Positions 37,505-49,692 are shown, counted from the first letter of the stretch. The stretch is DNA of 64,000 bases from Fistulifera solaris (GCA_030295235.1 AP026176.1:248001-312000), one strand, 5' to 3'. The notes: generated by a model from the letters alone, not told the origin. Program-made: numbers and translations.

Positions 37505-38245
37505 ATGAAAGTCCATTTCGAGGACCTCCAGCTACTGCATTCAAAACACAAGACTGCAAGTCCAAAAAATACTCACATCTTCTATGACGACAACTCGGAG
37601 AGGATTGAAGCCACGGCGCAGCCGACGGAAGATCACTTCTTCATCAAGCCGATGACGAGCGTTTTCCTGCACGTCCCTCGTCACTTCGAAGAAGACTTGG
37701 ACGAAATACAGTCTCTGGCGTTCAGTGAAAGTACGGTGGGGTCCGAGATCTCTTGGGGGACCCTGGAAGATGTATCGGATCTTCCCTACTATGTCGCGGA
37801 CGACTGCCGTCTGTCGTGCACCATCGAAGTATACGATCGGGATCATCGACACGGACATTCGGTGTGGTTTCGTGTTTCGTACAATGGAAGTTACGACTAT
37901 TACGAGCTGGAAAATCGAGAAATTCTTGACTATGTCGACGATATTATTGATCAGAACCCGCAGATGGGGTTTTATATCAAAACGAAATTGGGCAAAAATG
38001 ACCATGCCCCCGCCGTATTCTTTGAAACTAGTCATATCCTTCTTCTCCTGGAAACGATTCTCGATCGAGCGAAAGGCGAAGATGGGATTCGCATCCCCAA
38101 GCGACGCGAGATTGAGGAGAAAAAGAAGGAGATAGCTCTCCTCCGTAAGCGAGCCCGGCGACGCAAGAAAAAGATGGAATCCTGCTGGTTTTCGTGGCTT
38201 ATCCGGGGGTTATCCAACCAACAGTCGGCATTCGTTGAGTGTTGA
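37505..38245 (+). CDS. Hypothetical protein
   Basis: Open frame of ~246 aa from an ATG with coding-like composition and a basic C-terminal stretch; no family recognised. Confidence 0.55.
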   Translation: MKVHFEDLQLLHSKHKTASPKNTHIFYDDNSERIEATAQPTEDHFFIKPMTSVFLHVPRHFEEDLDEIQSLAFSESTVGSEISWGTLEDVSDLPYYVADDCRLSCTIEVYDRDHRHGHSVWFRVSYNGSYDYYELENREILDYVDDIIDQNPQMGFYIKTKLGKNDHAPAVFFETSHILLLLETILDRAKGEDGIRIPKRREIEEKKKEIALLRKRARRRKKKMESCWFSWLIRGLSNQQSAFVEC

Positions 38246-38347
38246 AACGGTTTCAAAAATAGAATAAACTACTTGTAGAGCACAAAAACAGTAATTTCTA
38301 ATGTTTCGACATGTATACAAGAGAGTGGTCGTGGCTGCCAAGAAAAT

Positions 38348-39521
38348 TTATTCTTTGTCCAAGTTGATGGTGGACTGATCGAGCTTGCTCTTCAAATAGT
38401 AAACATATCCCGAAAGAGCAACAAAAGCGATAGAAAGGACGGAAATTGTCGCTTGAGCGGATTGGTTGGCTTTTTCACTTGCTGTCATAACGGTGCCATT
38501 CGATCGGACGGCTTTAATACCCTGAATATAGTTGCAGGCATTGTTGTTGTTTTTGTACGTGGTTCCATAAGGCAGACTACTTTCGCATTTTCCGGCACGG
38601 TTATACAACCCTTCACAGACTTGGAGCACGTCATCTTCATCTGCGACATCTGCCGCATAATAGGCGTAGGCATCCTGATTGTACCAATCCTGGCCTCCCT
38701 CCTTGCAGGACAAGCAATCACTAGCGATGATACTGCTGGATCCGTAAGGAAGAGCCTCGCCAGTCATAGTCAAGTAGGTATCACGTCCTCCGTTCGAGTC
38801 AGCAAAGGTAGTGCAGGAATCATCAACAAAGACGCCAAGATAGACAGCACCACCCTGGGTCGCGCAGTAGGGTCCAATGTAATATTGCTGATTGACATTG
38901 TTTTGGGCATTTTGAGCGTCCTGATTGTTATTGTTGTTGTTTTGAAGTTGTCGCCGGAAGCCGGCCCTGGCACATTGCATGTAGGTCGTAACGGTTGCAA
39001 AATCTTCGTAAGTCTGGGCTTGACCCTGGACTTGATCCTGGTTTGCGTTGTTTTCATCATAACGGTAGGCTCCACCATTGTTGTAGGCTTCTTGCCGTGC
39101 CTCGATGTAGGCTTGCAAAAACGAGTTCAAATCGATCACATAATCCCCGTATCCCCCCGAGCATCCATTGGAGTCGCTACCACTGCAAGAACCGGACGGG
39201 CAAAGACGAAAGCGAGCGAGACGTTTGTTCAAAATACGAACATCTTGTTCGTCATTCGCCTCGTTGTTCCATTGACTGACATGATGGCAGCCTTGGAACT
39301 TAATCGAATAACCAGCGACCCAAGCATGGGAAAACGCATTGTCCCAGTCGTACAACTGCGAATAGTATTCTTGACCATTCTGGTCCAGACGACGCGCCAT
39401 ACTCATAACTTTACGGCCCAAGTCCGAATCTGCCTGAATCTCGGAAATCATAACATGCTCTTTTTTGTTGAGCCGCGACAGCGGCCGCCAGGAGAGAAAG
39501 GACTGCTGTGAATAATTTCAT
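38348..39521 (-). CDS. Silicanin-1-like single-pass membrane protein (copy B; apparent frameshift 39461-39466)
   Basis: Signal MKLFTAVLSLLAAAVAA joins ORF 38348-39451 when one A is removed. RRL and RQL motifs, YSIKFQGCHH, RFRLCPS, YGDYVID, YYIGPYC, GKCE, C-terminal TM. Confidence 0.8.
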
Positions 39522-40500
39522 TTTCACGACCTGAACAACTTGCTTTACTGCATTCATAACAAATAAGAAGCGATAAATTTGAGAAAACGGTACTCTACAA
39601 GCAAAATGTGATAACATTTTCTGTCCCCACGTCTCTTTTCGATTCACAACAATATCTCGGGTTCCCTTTCGAATCGTTAAACTCCTCCCCCATTGCTAAA
39701 CACTTCCTTGCTTATATAAAGTAACAGATTGCCTAATTGTTCATTCTCACATACCTTGGAAATCACCACTTGTATATCTTTTCTTGTTGTTTGTGTTGCT
39801 TCCAAAGGGTGGCGGATGCTTCACAAAATCCGAGGATCAGCGACATTTTCACTTAGGAAATGGCGATAATGTCGTAGTTGTAAGTAACCGAGTTTGTTTA
39901 GGGCTCGACAATGCTTTGCTCTTAAGGAGAAAACAAGCTAATAACGCTATTGCTTATGTACAGGAGTATCGTTGGTCTAAGAACTCGGGTCGTACTTCAC
40001 GATTCATACTGGAGTTAGAATGCAACGGCTTCTACAACCGAAGCTGCTAAATATCAATACCGTATTGATGCGGTTCCCTATAGTGGAGCTGTAACGGAAA
40101 ACGGACACCACAAATCTTAATATATACGAGTACCACTCGTTAACCGTTGAAGACGATTCCTATAGTGAAGTTATCTACGGAATTCTTTTGAGTGGAAGGT
40201 AATTCAAAATCGGCGACTGCACCCTTGCCTTGCGACTTTTGGCATTGGGATCGATGAAAAATACAAGCGAAAGATTAGACATTGGAGATCATTGTTCGTT
40301 ATAGCATCATCCATTCAACGCTGTAAGTGAGATTATTTGCTCTGTTGGAAATAGTAATTTACCGAATCCGCTCTTTTCACGATAAAGCCGTTACTGCTTG
40401 CCGACAACACTCGCAATCTTCCCTCATTTCTGGAATTACATACGGAGTAATTTTCTCACGTTGTGCACTCGCAGAACCACAATACATCAATTAACTCATC

Positions 40501-41727
40501 ATGAAATTGTTAAGTGCGATTTCTCTCTTGCTTATATCCGTCGTGACGGCGGATAAAGCGGCCTATTTGGATACCTTGATGCAGAATGCCGTTCCGACCG
40601 GGAAAAACCGTTTCCTGGAACAACAACAAGTCGACAATTATCAGGTCAATATTGCATCTTACAGCGTTCGATTCGAGCAATGTCAATTTGTGAAAGCATT
40701 TGATGAGGAATTGGCTCAAAGTGAGGAATCGTCGACCGTTCTATCCACAAAACGATTTGTGTTGTTCCGCCTTTGCCCGAGCGGTTGCAGTAACTGCAAT
40801 TACAATTATGGTGAATATCTGGTAGATCTGGAGACGTACTTGGAAGCGACTGTACAATACTTTCAAAACTACTACGATCAAATGTGCCAGGCGTGTTATG
40901 AATGCTCCAATAATGCCGCAAACGATCAGGATGGACAACAACAACAGGGCAACAACAATCGACACCTCCGCTTTTTGCAGAATTATGGTGAAAGTGTAAA
41001 CTGCGATGCTTGTGTCGAAGAGTGTCAAAAGATTGAAAATATGGAAGCCAAAGGTTACATTGATGCCACCGAATTTGTGGCTTGCAAACTCATTTATGGT
41101 CCGCAAGACGACAACCGACAGCCGTTGTACGCGGGACCGGTGTGCGCCAGCAACGGATCCAAAATTAACATTGGTGTCTTTACCGACGAAAATTGTTTGA
41201 TTGCCGATACCACAAAAGATGTCAATGACTATCTTTCCGGCGAGAACGGTCAAATGCGTCTCGGTCACTCGTTATTGAAAAACACCTACACCAATACTTG
41301 CATTTCGTGCAAAGAACCGGCCGATCAAAACAAAAACAACCAAGGCAATGACAATATCGATGGTGATGCCGTATCGGAAATGTGCGAGACGCTCTACAGT
41401 GCATCGGCCAAATGCGAAAAGAAGCACGGTTTCGCCGATGGCTACGGTAGTTACAACGGATACGAGAACCAATTAACCCAAGAAGACAGTGTCTGCAGTT
41501 TCATGCAATCCTTAAAGTCGGGAACGTACTCGGAAGAAGGTGACATTCTGGTGTCGGGAGCGAGTCATGTCGCGGGCAGTGATTCCACGACCGGAGGTCA
41601 AAAGTTCGCTTTGACCTTTTTCATCCTTGGTACCGTCGGTTTGGCCGTGTATGCGGCCATGCTACATTCGAAATTGGTTCATGGCAAGACGACGCCAGTC
41701 ACCAGCCGTGTGAGTGCGTTTGCCTAG
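40501..41727 (+). CDS. Silicanin-1-like single-pass membrane protein (copy C)
   Basis: Signal peptide, RFL and RHLRFL motifs, YSVRFEQC, LFRLCPS, YGEYLVD, LYAGPVC, AKCE, TM helix FALTFFILGTVGLAVYAAML. Confidence 0.8.
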   Translation: MKLLSAISLLLISVVTADKAAYLDTLMQNAVPTGKNRFLEQQQVDNYQVNIASYSVRFEQCQFVKAFDEELAQSEESSTVLSTKRFVLFRLCPSGCSNCNYNYGEYLVDLETYLEATVQYFQNYYDQMCQACYECSNNAANDQDGQQQQGNNNRHLRFLQNYGESVNCDACVEECQKIENMEAKGYIDATEFVACKLIYGPQDDNRQPLYAGPVCASNGSKINIGVFTDENCLIADTTKDVNDYLSGENGQMRLGHSLLKNTYTNTCISCKEPADQNKNNQGNDNIDGDAVSEMCETLYSASAKCEKKHGFADGYGSYNGYENQLTQEDSVCSFMQSLKSGTYSEEGDILVSGASHVAGSDSTTGGQKFALTFFILGTVGLAVYAAMLHSKLVHGKTTPVTSRVSAFA

Positions 41728-42044
41728 GCGGTGGTGACTTTTACAAAAGTCCAATGTTAGTATAGTATCTACTTTAAAAACCTTTCATTTTTTATTATTG
41801 GACCCCAATAGTGGCAGGCTGATTTGTGTGAAGATAGAAAGTTGTTCATCAAACACGAGTAAGTTGATGGAAAATAGACACTCCAAGTATACCTAGCAAC
41901 TACCGACCAGGGACGGACGAGTGACGTATTTCCAACTTTTCGGAAAACTCTGCACTTGCAAATTCAACGCTTTTCTCATTGCCATGCAACAAACATCCAA
42001 CATTCAAGGCCCATTTCACTCCTTTCTCGTGTCACTCTTGCACC

Positions 42045-42890
42045 ATGTTGTCGTCTATCACTCGCCGTTTCACTCTCACTACTACTACTCGTACATTCGC
42101 CCGCGCCATGGCGACGGGTCCAGCCCAAGGCGGACACATTTCCGACGAAATGCTCGCCAAGTTGGGAAGCTTGTCGACGCAAGCGTTGGTGGATGGATTG
42201 TGGGTCATGGGTTGGCCGAGTGCGCAAATTGATGGCGCTCGTCCGTTGGCTCCGGGAATGAAATGCGTCGGTCGAGCCGTCACGCTGAAATTTGTTCCGG
42301 CCCGTCCCGACATTGCCCAAGACAAACCGGCGGGTGGAGAATCGCCCGAATACGAAGCCTTCGAGAAATGTGGCCCGAATGAAGTCCTCGTCATGTCCTC
42401 CGTCGGACCGTGGGAAAGTGTCGGTGGTGACATTAAGTTTCTGCGCTTGAAGCAACGCGCGATCGGTGGTCTCGTGACGGATGGTTCCGTCCGTGACACG
42501 GACCAAATTATCAATTACGGATTCCCCTGCTTCAGTTACAGTACGACGGCTCGTCAGGGACCGGCCGCCATGCAACCGTGGGAATGCAATGGTGTCATTA
42601 GTGTCAGTGGTGTCACGGTTCGACCCGGCGATGCCATTGTCGGTGATCAAGATGGTGTCGTGGTGGTGCCGGCCAAGGTGGCCGACAAAGTCTACAGCAT
42701 CGCGCACGGGCGTGAACAGATTGAAGAAATTGTCAAGGAAGAATTGACCAAGAACCCGGGTCCACCGGGTAAATTCTATCCCTTCATGAGCGGCAAGATT
42801 AAAGTTGATTCGCCGCTCGGAAAACTGTTGGCCTCCAAGGGAATCACCCCGGAGAACTCGAATCAGTTTGAAGGATCTGCCGATTGGTAA
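42045..42890 (+). CDS. RraA-like / HMG aldolase family protein with mitochondrial-type presequence
   Basis: VGRAVT, GGDI, GLVTDGSVRD and VRPGDAIVGDQDGVVVVP; R/T/S-rich N-terminus. Confidence 0.85.
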   Translation: MLSSITRRFTLTTTTRTFARAMATGPAQGGHISDEMLAKLGSLSTQALVDGLWVMGWPSAQIDGARPLAPGMKCVGRAVTLKFVPARPDIAQDKPAGGESPEYEAFEKCGPNEVLVMSSVGPWESVGGDIKFLRLKQRAIGGLVTDGSVRDTDQIINYGFPCFSYSTTARQGPAAMQPWECNGVISVSGVTVRPGDAIVGDQDGVVVVPAKVADKVYSIAHGREQIEEIVKEELTKNPGPPGKFYPFMSGKIKVDSPLGKLLASKGITPENSNQFEGSADW

Positions 42891-42958
42891 AATTCTAGCA
42901 CTAACACTCTAGACTAATAAATGTGCATGATGAATACGATTCGGCTTGTATATTTCTT

Positions 42959-43936
42959 TTATTGATAAAGACGAATCAACTCATCCGACACGGCACTCGG
43001 TGTCAGAACACCTAAATCGGTAAACAGCAGTGAAATATACTTGGCCGGTGTAAAGTCGGAAGAAGGATTCTCGGCAGTAATTTTCTCGTCCCATGAAATG
43101 GTTTGCATCGTCGTCGTATCGACGCATTGGACCGTCTGATGATTGACGGGGACATCACTTTGATGCAGTGGATACAATCGCGCAAATTTGTACGATTCGG
43201 CCGCCACATAAAACGGTTTTCCATTCGCTTTCGCACACATGGCCATGGTTGCCGTCCCCAATTTGTTCACGACACCGCCATTTTCCAAAACACCTTCGGC
43301 CCCCACCAACACGAGGTCGACCTTTTCCATATAATACGCGACCGCCGAATCGAGTATCACTTTGACGGGAATATTACTTTCCCGCGCATAACACGCGGCC
43401 GCTTTGGCGCCACTGGCATCCGGTCGTCCTTCACACACCAGTAGATCAAATGGATGCTTCGCTTCGCGCAAAATGGCCGCCACGACGCGTGACCATCCCG
43501 TAGTCAATACGGTGGCACCGGCCGGAATGAAATCGGCCGCCGCCTTGGCGATTCGATCGCGGGCCGCCAAGGAAATCATTTGAAAGCGTTCTCCCCGTTC
43601 TAATATTTGTTTTTTGCATTCCGAAAAGTTGGGCAATTCCAGAAAAGTTCGTGTGGAATAGCGCAAAAACAATTCACATCCCGAACGGACGGCAATGACT
43701 TGCGGATGATTCTGAATCATGCAGTCGGCGGCTTGTTTCAAATCGTCCTGAAGACCCATCATCGTTTCGGCCTGCGATCGTTCCACGACACCCAATAATG
43801 CGGAAATGGCGGCGACGGGGACGGCCATGGCGGAAGTATCAAAGAGCGACGGAGGATCTTGTTGTTTGTTGGCCAGAAAGCGACGCAAATCTTGCAGTAC
43901 TAAAGGATCTTCGTGATCTGTGTCTTGTTGTGTCAT
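42959..43936 (-). CDS. EIF2B1: Translation initiation factor eIF2B alpha subunit
   Basis: SGCELF, VLVGAEGVLENGGVVNKLGT, AAESYKFARLYPL and FTDLGVLTPSAVSDELI. Confidence 0.93.
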   Translation of the reverse strand: MTQQDTDHEDPLVLQDLRRFLANKQQDPPSLFDTSAMAVPVAAISALLGVVERSQAETMMGLQDDLKQAADCMIQNHPQVIAVRSGCELFLRYSTRTFLELPNFSECKKQILERGERFQMISLAARDRIAKAAADFIPAGATVLTTGWSRVVAAILREAKHPFDLLVCEGRPDASGAKAAACYARESNIPVKVILDSAVAYYMEKVDLVLVGAEGVLENGGVVNKLGTATMAMCAKANGKPFYVAAESYKFARLYPLHQSDVPVNHQTVQCVDTTTMQTISWDEKITAENPSSDFTPAKYISLLFTDLGVLTPSAVSDELIRLYQ

Positions 43937-44520
43937 ATCTGCTGTGTCGAATTATAATAACGATCTTTTGTATATTGTTATTATTACTTGATACTCTAGC
44001 AAGATGTTGCAAAGTTGCATGTCGTCAAGGCGTCGCAAAAGTGCAAATAAAAAATAGTGTGTGTGTGTTGTTTGTTCGTCTCTCCGTCTGTCCACTACTT
44101 CTCGTCGTCTGTTTTGCGTCCGATAGACAAGGTGGGATGACATATTGCGCAATCACAATTAGAACCGGTCCGATTTATTTGTGGCACAGTTCTGATTGGC
44201 CATGTTTTTCGCAAACCAAAAACGATGCAATGCAATGCAATAACATATTGTTGAGGATGAAACAAAACAATAAGATACAACGAACGAAGCAAGGAGGTCT
44301 CGTGTTTGAGCACACTTCATGAAGGGAAACGACCCCAGTTGGCCGCATAAACTATCGTCTACAATGTAAAAAAGAATAATGTGTGTTTGAACGATCGGCG
44401 AAGAATGACATTGACGTAAAAAAGAGATACTGGTACTTTTTGTTTCAGCCTTTTTTTAAATCCGAAATGGAGCTCACAAATTTGAAACATTGCCTCCAAT
44501 CGAGAAATTCACTAAGCATC

Positions 44521-45678
44521 ATGAAACTCTTTTTCGCATACACTCTTCTCACCGCTTCGATGATGAGTCGTCCCAACGAAGCTCATGTGCTCCGTGGACA
44601 TGAACATCGTCATTTGGAGGAGGAAACAGCGTTGCATCATCCCATGATATGTGGTACTCGTGATCCTACCGAACAAGACATTCAACAGATGGTCTATGTT
44701 ATGGAGACTTTCGAAAATTCCACTCGTCGTCATCTCGCCCTCAACGACGATGAGACCATTGTCATCAATACCGTCTTTCATGTCATTAAGAACTCGAACG
44801 GCGATGGCCCCACGCCGGAAATGATTCAACGTCAAATTGATGTCATCAACTACGACTTTGCTCCGCACTTTCAATTCAATGTCACGGTCCAAGAAGTCGT
44901 CAATGATAGTTGGTTCCGTCTCCGATTCAATCGCGCGAATGAATTTGAAATGAAAATGAACCTTCGTCGGGGGAGCCGAAACGCTCAATGTGTACATTGC
45001 GCGGGCCAATGGGTTGGGTTGGGCGACCTTTCCGTCCGATTACCAATCCTTTCCCGAAATGGATGGTGTGGTCGTTCAAGATTTGACCTTGCCCGGAGGA
45101 TCGGCGCCGCTCGGCTTTGATATGGGTGGCACGCTCACTCACGAAATCGGTCACGCCCTTGGTTTGTATCATACCTTTCATGTAAGTCATGCTTTGAATT
45201 GGTCGTCTCAACGACTGTCACTCACTCAATTGAACTTTTTTCAGGGCGGATGCAACGGTGGTGGAATTTATGCCAACAATGACAAAGTCTCCGACGTCGC
45301 GGCCGAAGAGTCACCGGCCTTTGGTTGCCCCATCGGTCGCGATACGTGCCCCGGACAAGGTTCTGATCCGATTCATAATCCGTAAGTCGCTCCGATTGTG
45401 GTTTGATTGTTTTGTAGGGATGCCATTCACTCAGTCGCTTTTTCGGCAGCATGGACTACACGGCGGACTCGTGCAAAGTCGGCTTTACTCCGGGTCAATT
45501 CAAGCGCATGCGCAACCATTGGCACGCGTTCCGCGCGGGGAATACGGCCGATAGCAAATCGTTGGGCTATCCCTGCACGGAACAAGGGTTGGAGAGCAAG
45601 AGCTGCCAGGCCGTGGAGGGTCTCGTTGGCTTTGGCTTGAAGTGTTGCGGCGGGGTTTGCAAGTTTTGTGCCTTGTAA
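44521..45678 (+). CDS. Secreted peptidase M43 (pappalysin/ulilysin-like) zinc metalloprotease, 3 exons
   Basis: Signal peptide, ICGT Cys-switch-like propeptide, [14 protein letters not shown] and DPIHNPMDY Met-turn (introns 45182-45244 and 45382-45449), FTPGQ. Frameshift at 44969-44973. Confidence 0.88.
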
Positions 45679-46474
45679 GACGCATGGAATATTGATCCGA
45701 CAATGCGTGGATTTAAAGTAACGAGTAACAAACAATAAAGGACGAAAATGTACTGGGAGTTTATTTTTTATGAAAATAAAATAAAACAAAACTCTCGCTA
45801 CCTGGTAGTCTAGCTAGACTAGCCACAACTAGAGTCTCAGTCTCTTTAGTTGATGCACGTTCTTCGTTTTCTCTCTCCAATCGGTCATCGCCGCCATGTC
45901 CAGTACAAAGTACAAAAGGGACCTTCAACTTCGACCATAGTTCTATTTTCTTAGTACTTTATACCTGAGATTTGAAATCAGAACTTTCTGTTTTGCGAAA
46001 CTCAAAAGAGACCCGTTCCTTATTATGGCTTTCGGAAGAATGTTCTTTGTTTCTTCCAAGCGAACTCTTTGCCCTACATTTCGGGAAGAAGCTTTTCTGG
46101 ACATTTCGACAAAAAAAGCAACTATCAGTAGATGAGTACTTTCAGTACGAGGTACGAAGTAAACTTTATCCATCGTATGTACACGCTGACGACTTTCGGA
46201 GAAAATTCTCAGCCACTGGTCACCGCACCAACGACGGGTAGGTGTACGGTCATCCGCCAGGTCATCGAGAGCCGTAAGAAGTGGCAGGAGCCATAAAGCT
46301 CGTCGCTGGAAGCCTTTGCGCCAAATGGGGCGGCGGAGCATCAACGAAACCCTTGCGATAAAAAAGATTTGCGGTCGATCAAAAGGTCGGCAGTAGACCT
46401 ACAATATAAACATTTCTCACAACTCAACAACTCAGAAAGCAATTCCGACACAGCGAGGATACAAATTGAAAATC

Positions 46475-49353
46475 ATGCCGAATAGCGATGAGAACAACGA
46501 CAGTTGCGAGTCAACTGAAGAGGTGGAAGAACGAACACGAACTGTCCTTGATTATAGTTCCAGTATTGATTTGAAGGAGGCCTTGTTGGAAGCTTTCGAA
46601 GGAAAGAAGAAGGATGTTGTTTTACCCAATCCAGCGAGTGAGTCTGCACCGGAATCGAGAATGAATGCTGTGCAAGTGGGGTGCTTTGGAGGCGTCGGAT
46701 GCTCGCCGAATGCCGTCTCCAACATTAATGACGTACGTACACCGAAGCTTTCTTGCCGATTACGATACTTTTTTTCTATTTCATGCTAACCGCTTATCCT
46801 GGGTATTCTGTGCACACTAGACTGCATTTGACTGGGTGCTTACGAATTATGATGAAACGACGACCGAGGCGCAGTCGATGGAAGAAGAAATGCATCGTTT
46901 GCTCGTTTTGAAATCATATTTGATCTTAGATTCGGAGCGCGAGGAGGCTTTTGAACGATTGACTGGATTGGGCTCGCGTATTTTTGACGTGCCGATCTGC
47001 TTAGTCTCGTTGGTGGATTTGGGAAGGCAGTGGTTCATGTCCAACAAAGGACTGGGTGTCTGCCGTCAAACCAACCGGAGAGTGGCCTTTTGTGCGCATG
47101 CGATTCAACTCAAGCCAGGTCTAAAAACTTTAGTCGTCCCGGATGCTAGAGATGACTTCAGATTTCGTGATAGTCCTTTGGTCCTCGGTCCGCCGTTCAT
47201 TCGGTTTTATGCTGGAGCACCTCTGATATCTCCGGAAGGCTACAAGGTACGGAAACGAAAACGCAATCTATTCAAACTGGTTTTTGGTTTTGTCGACTGA
47301 CCGACATGCTGTTGTGCTCTTGCTTTGTTATTGGTGACAGCTTGGGACTTTTTGTATCATCAGCCCCGAGCCTCGACCACAAGGATTGTCAGAAGAGGAA
47401 CAAGATAGTCTTATCGATTTGGCCAATATTACAGTAAAGACAATGGTGGACCGCCGTGAACAATTGGAAAGTCGCGAAGATCCTGCTCGTCTAATTGCCT
47501 ACACATCGCACGACTTGATGACGCCGTTGAGTGGTGTTCAGCTAGCGTTATCACTTCTATCTGAAGACGACGATGTCTTGTCGAAGCTGGACGCTCATCA
47601 AAACGAGCTACTTTCCACTGCCTCAAATTGCTCTGACATTATGATTCGGATTTGTAAAAGTTCGATTGAAAGTCTTCGCCACAATAATTCTAACTCGAAG
47701 CGGAACTTACTCGGGAAGGAGAATGGTGGAGGAAAGGAAAAGATCACCAAAATCGTGGAGCTGGTCAAGTCCTTACAAGTCATTGCGGAGCCCATTCCCA
47801 AACGAGCACCTCTGGTTATCACGCTCTGTCCAAATGTGCCACATCGGCTGGTGTCGGATGATCTGAAAATATTTCGATCCGTTTTGAATCTCGTCAAGGA
47901 TGCCATACTCCGCACTGAAGCTGGAAAAGTGCATTTAACGATCTTTAAAGAGGAACAGGACGAAGCAGAAGTTGTGGATGGCGCGGAAGCGAGGAAATAT
48001 GTAAGATTTGAGTGCGAAGACACTGGGCCCGACGTGCCCATTGGTGAAGCTCCATTTCTCTTCGAGTCCAATGGCGAAAATTCACAAACTCGACTCGGAC
48101 TTCATTCTATTGCCAACCTTATTAAATCTCTGGACGGAACGTATGGATATCGAAAACGAGGGCAAAATCTACAAGGATCGATATTTTGGTTCTCCGTACC
48201 ACTTATTGTGACGGGTATTCAAGGGGACGAATCGGTTCATAGCTTCTCCTTCAGCATGAACAGCAACTCGAATCTTCATAGTTTTCAAAGAAGGGGCCCT
48301 GCCAACGGTACCGCAACCTCTGCAGAAACCACTAGTTTTGGCCGTTGTCCATCTAATGGATCCCTGAACTCCCTATCTTCGCAGGAAGAGGAAGGTGCGC
48401 ATCGAGTAAAGCGTGCCTTGATTATTGACGACTCGGTAATCGTACGAAAGACGATTGATCGCGCCTTGACAAAGCTAGGATTTGAGGTCGAGCAAGCCGA
48501 AGACGGATCAGTGGGATTGAATGCTATGAAGCAGACAATGTTTGATATGGTTCTTTGTGATTTTTTAATGCCCGTTATGGATGGCTTAGATTGCGTGAAG
48601 CAGTATCGCGAATGGGAAAAGGAGCATCGCCCTTCTTTTCGGCAGTATATCGTCGGTATATCTGCGCATGTTGGTGTCCAGGAAAGTGGGCAAGGTCTAG
48701 AGGCTGGCATGAATGCATTTCGACCAAAGCCAATTAGTATGAGAAACCTGACAGAGTTGCAAGAATCAAAGCCAGTTCAACGAATAATGAAGCAATTGGA
48801 TAGACTAGCAAGCAGTTCATTACCCGAGAGGTGCGACCTGCTTACATCTTGCAAGACTGATGAGACATGTCTGCTGCCATCATCACCACCCGGAGAGATA
48901 TTAGCGTTGAAGCGACGTTTGGAAAGTATGGTTGTGACTACCCGGGTGGAGAATCGATACGCACTTGTGTTGAGTGAAGAAAGCAACTCGTGTCTCGACA
49001 AGATGAAAGAAGACGGGTGGCATGTCATTCTGTCACAGAGTTCCGCGGATTTTGAAGGCCATTTACGAAAGCGAAACTGGGATCTAGTTTTAGTCGACGA
49101 GGAGATACCATTCCTTTCTGCGCCGCGCTTAATCTCCGACTTTCGAGAGTGGGAAGCCGCCAACCGTGTGAATGAACAGAAAAACGTGTTCTTTGTATCA
49201 GGGAGCGACATCCCTCGTCCTTCGGATAAAAACTCTATCGTTCGCCCGCCTTCGGGTTTCAACGGTGTACTTCGAAAGCCAATCGAATGGGAGGATATTG
49301 ATCACTTGCTCAATCGAAACAAGAATTTCTTGAACATATTGGTGCCGAAGTAA
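46475..49353 (+). CDS. Hybrid sensor histidine kinase: GAF-HisKA-HATPase-REC plus degenerate second REC, 3 exons
   Basis: GAF (FERLT..AFCAHAI..RFYAGAPL..LGTFCI), H-box SHDLMTPL, EDTG, receiver (IIDD, CDFLMPVMDG, PKP). Introns 46733-46820 and 47247-47340. Confidence 0.88.
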
Positions 49354-49619
49354 ACACTGCAACACTTACAGATCTATTTCAGTTAATTATACATTTAGTG
49401 CATACATTATAAGCTATCTCGACGATAACGAAGAGGTATTGGCAACCATTTTACAAATAATGCTGTGTCTATCATAATGGGGAGGGTATCTAAAAATTAT
49501 ACTTCTACCACGAGCCCGAGGGTAAGGAGACGGTATCACCTTAGCTCTTTTGTCTTAACTAAGTGATTGAGATACAAGTTGACAGACAATGAAATCTTAT
49601 TTTGACTGAAAGATATAGA

Positions 49620-49692
49620 GGGGGTTTAGCTCAGTTGGTAGAGCGTGTGCTTAGCATGCACAAGGTCGCCGGTTCGATTCCGGCATCCTCCA
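49620..49692 (+). tRNA. tRNA-Ala (anticodon AGC)
   Basis: Cloverleaf: GCTC/GAGC D-arm, TGTGC-TTAGCAT-GCACA anticodon arm, GCCGG-TTCGATT-CCGGC T-arm, G3:U70 pair, discriminator A. Followed by oligo-T (Pol III terminator). Confidence 0.95.

Noticed and set aside
38453..39511. 352-aa antisense ORF (also 29838-30485, 41976-42707, 1949-2632 and similar)
   Set aside because: These are shadow ORFs opposite well-supported genes, explained by codon bias, and show no motifs.
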